From positions 1 to 44,389 of the IMG/VR virus record IMGVR_UViG_3300048611_000042: a stretch of DNA of 44,389 bases; one strand, 5' to 3'. Under the pieces are notes generated by a model that was not told the DNA's origin, did not search any database, and was given only the letters and a program-made list of their open reading frames with translations. This document shows positions 43,456 through 44,389 of this stretch, in pieces. How positions within the stretch are numbered: the stretch's first letter is position 1; each line of letters opens with the position of its first letter. The DNA is from a virus. Lineage: Duplodnaviria > Caudoviricetes. Position numbers and translations under genes: made by a program.

Positions 43456-43508
43456 GTCGTTGCCTCCGTGTGTGAGTGTGTGTGCGGGCTACGAGACGTG
43501 TCTGTGTT

Positions 43509-43544
43509 CGGGCACGAGCACGCTTGCGACGTGCTCGCACTCCT
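43509..43544 (-). repeat. 36-nt hairpin repeat, copy 3
   Basis: Identical to 35623-35658. Confidence 0.9.
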
Positions 43545-43552
43545 GACGCGAA

Positions 43553-43580
43553 GCGGGCGGGGCACGATCGCCCCGCCCGC
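43553..43580 (-). terminator. 11-bp GC hairpin after first early gene
   Basis: GCGGGCGGGGC-ACGATC-GCCCCGCCCGC. Confidence 0.5.
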
Positions 43581-43589
43581 CGCACTGGC

Positions 43590-44063
43590 CTAGGCCAGCA
43601 GGTCCTTGACCGCGGCCTTGATCTCGACCACGATCACCTCGCCCACCGCCTCGCGGATCGCCTCACGGATCTGCGTGCGGAGCGGGCTGGTGGTCGCCTT
43701 CGGCGTCGCGGCCCTCGCCTTGCTCGGCGCCTTCGGCGCCGTCCGCTTCGCTGCCGTGGCCTTCGGCGCCTTCGGCGCCTGTGCGCTGCGCTCGCTCGTG
43801 CCCCGCTGTCCGCTGCGCTCCACCACGTCGCCCACGACCACGACCTTGTCGTCGGCTCGGTAGGTCGTCTCGCCGCTCGCCTTGCCGCTCCGCGGCAGAC
43901 CGAAGGTCACGACGCAGCCCTTGCGGGTCACGTCCACCGCGAGCACCGCACGAGCGTGCTGCGGCTGGCCGTTGGTGCCGACCTTCGTGGCGACCACGTC
44001 GCCGACCTTCAGCGAGTGGGCATCGTGGATCTGCGGGGCGTCGTACGTCGTGAGGGTTCGCAT
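43590..44063 (-). CDS. Hypothetical protein with Lys/Ala/Pro-rich linker
   Basis: SD ACGGAGG; APKAPKATAAKRTAPKAPSKA. Confidence 0.75.
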   Translation of the reverse strand: MRTLTTYDAPQIHDAHSLKVGDVVATKVGTNGQPQHARAVLAVDVTRKGCVVTFGLPRSGKASGETTYRADDKVVVVGDVVERSGQRGTSERSAQAPKAPKATAAKRTAPKAPSKARAATPKATTSPLRTQIREAIREAVGEVIVVEIKAAVKDLLA

Positions 44064-44114
44064 GGCAAGCCTCCGTGGCTCGGATCGTGCCGCTCCGTTT
44101 GGGGCGGCCTTAGC

Positions 44115-44123
44115 ACCGTACCA
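44115..44123 (-). promoter_or_regulatory. Extended -10 promoter candidate for the early arm
   Basis: TG-G-TACGGT matches TGnTAnnnT, about 50 nt upstream of the first - strand gene. Confidence 0.45.
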
Positions 44124-44347
44124 TGGGCCTCTGACCAGGACTTATGTACGCCGATCGGTCGACTCGGCGACGTCGCCTCGCGACGCGCCGAGCGCACGGC
44201 TGGCTCCCACGTGGACCCGCTGCCCTTGACCCCCACCCGAAGGGTGCTGGTTGGGTTGCTCCTGCCTGGCGAAGCCCTCTGCTGGGCCACGTGGTGGCCT
44301 CACGCGTGCAGATGTGCAGTAGGCCGCGTGTGAAAGTGCAGGAAGTG

Positions 44348-44369
44348 GCATAGAACCAGAGTTCTATGC
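44348..44369. repeat. Perfect 9-bp inverted repeat near the end
   Basis: GCATAGAAC-CAGA-GTTCTATGC. Confidence 0.7.
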
Positions 44370-44389
44370 GGCGCGGGCAGGGGGAGGGG

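Larger units (their letters stand above)
1..44389. mobile_element. Tailed dsDNA bacteriophage genome (podovirus-like), apparently near complete
   Basis: Terminase-portal-scaffold-capsid-tail-lysis arm on +, converging on a replication/early arm on -; no host housekeeping genes; no tape-measure or major tail tube gene recognised. Confidence 0.93.

Noticed and set aside
35623-43544. 36-nt palindromic repeats plus Cas4-like gene as a CRISPR system
   Set aside because: Repeats are dispersed (about 0.5 and 7.4 kb apart), not spaced by 30-40 nt spacers; no cas1/cas2 or effector; Cas4-like exonucleases are common in phages

Overview
The window looks like a complete or near-complete genome of a high-GC (about 70%) tailed dsDNA phage, probably a short-tailed (podovirus-like) phage of an actinobacterial-type host; the host is an inference. 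The + strand (about 0.9-22.7 kb) carries terminase, portal, scaffold, capsid, adaptor, nozzle, fibre, ejection proteins (including a 1811-aa protein with an ADP-ribosyltransferase-like insert) and lysis genes. The - strand (22.7-44.1 kb) carries early and replication genes: Rnl2-like RNA ligase, DUF1599, a sigma-region-4-only protein, nucleases, SLOG, AEP primase, DNA methyltransferase, DnaB-like helicase, a PDF-motif SSB, a Cas4-like exonuclease, a RyR-domain protein, a tyrosine recombinase, DUF932 and a ParB-like protein. The most striking feature is a gap-free array of RNA elements at 23026-23367 (-). It contains an 80-nt tmRNA reduced to its tRNA-like domain (no tag ORF), a 123-nt structured RNA ending in ACCA, a tRNA with a 5-nt anticodon loop and a C-rich-loop hairpin, all just downstream of the RNA ligase operon. 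Also seen: apparent genome-wide absence of CCGG and AGCT, a phage-specific ACTGGAC late-promoter-like motif, a repeated hairpin with a compensatory change, and a tRNA-Lys-like relic beside the recombinase. All calls come from manual motif reading; no searches were run.
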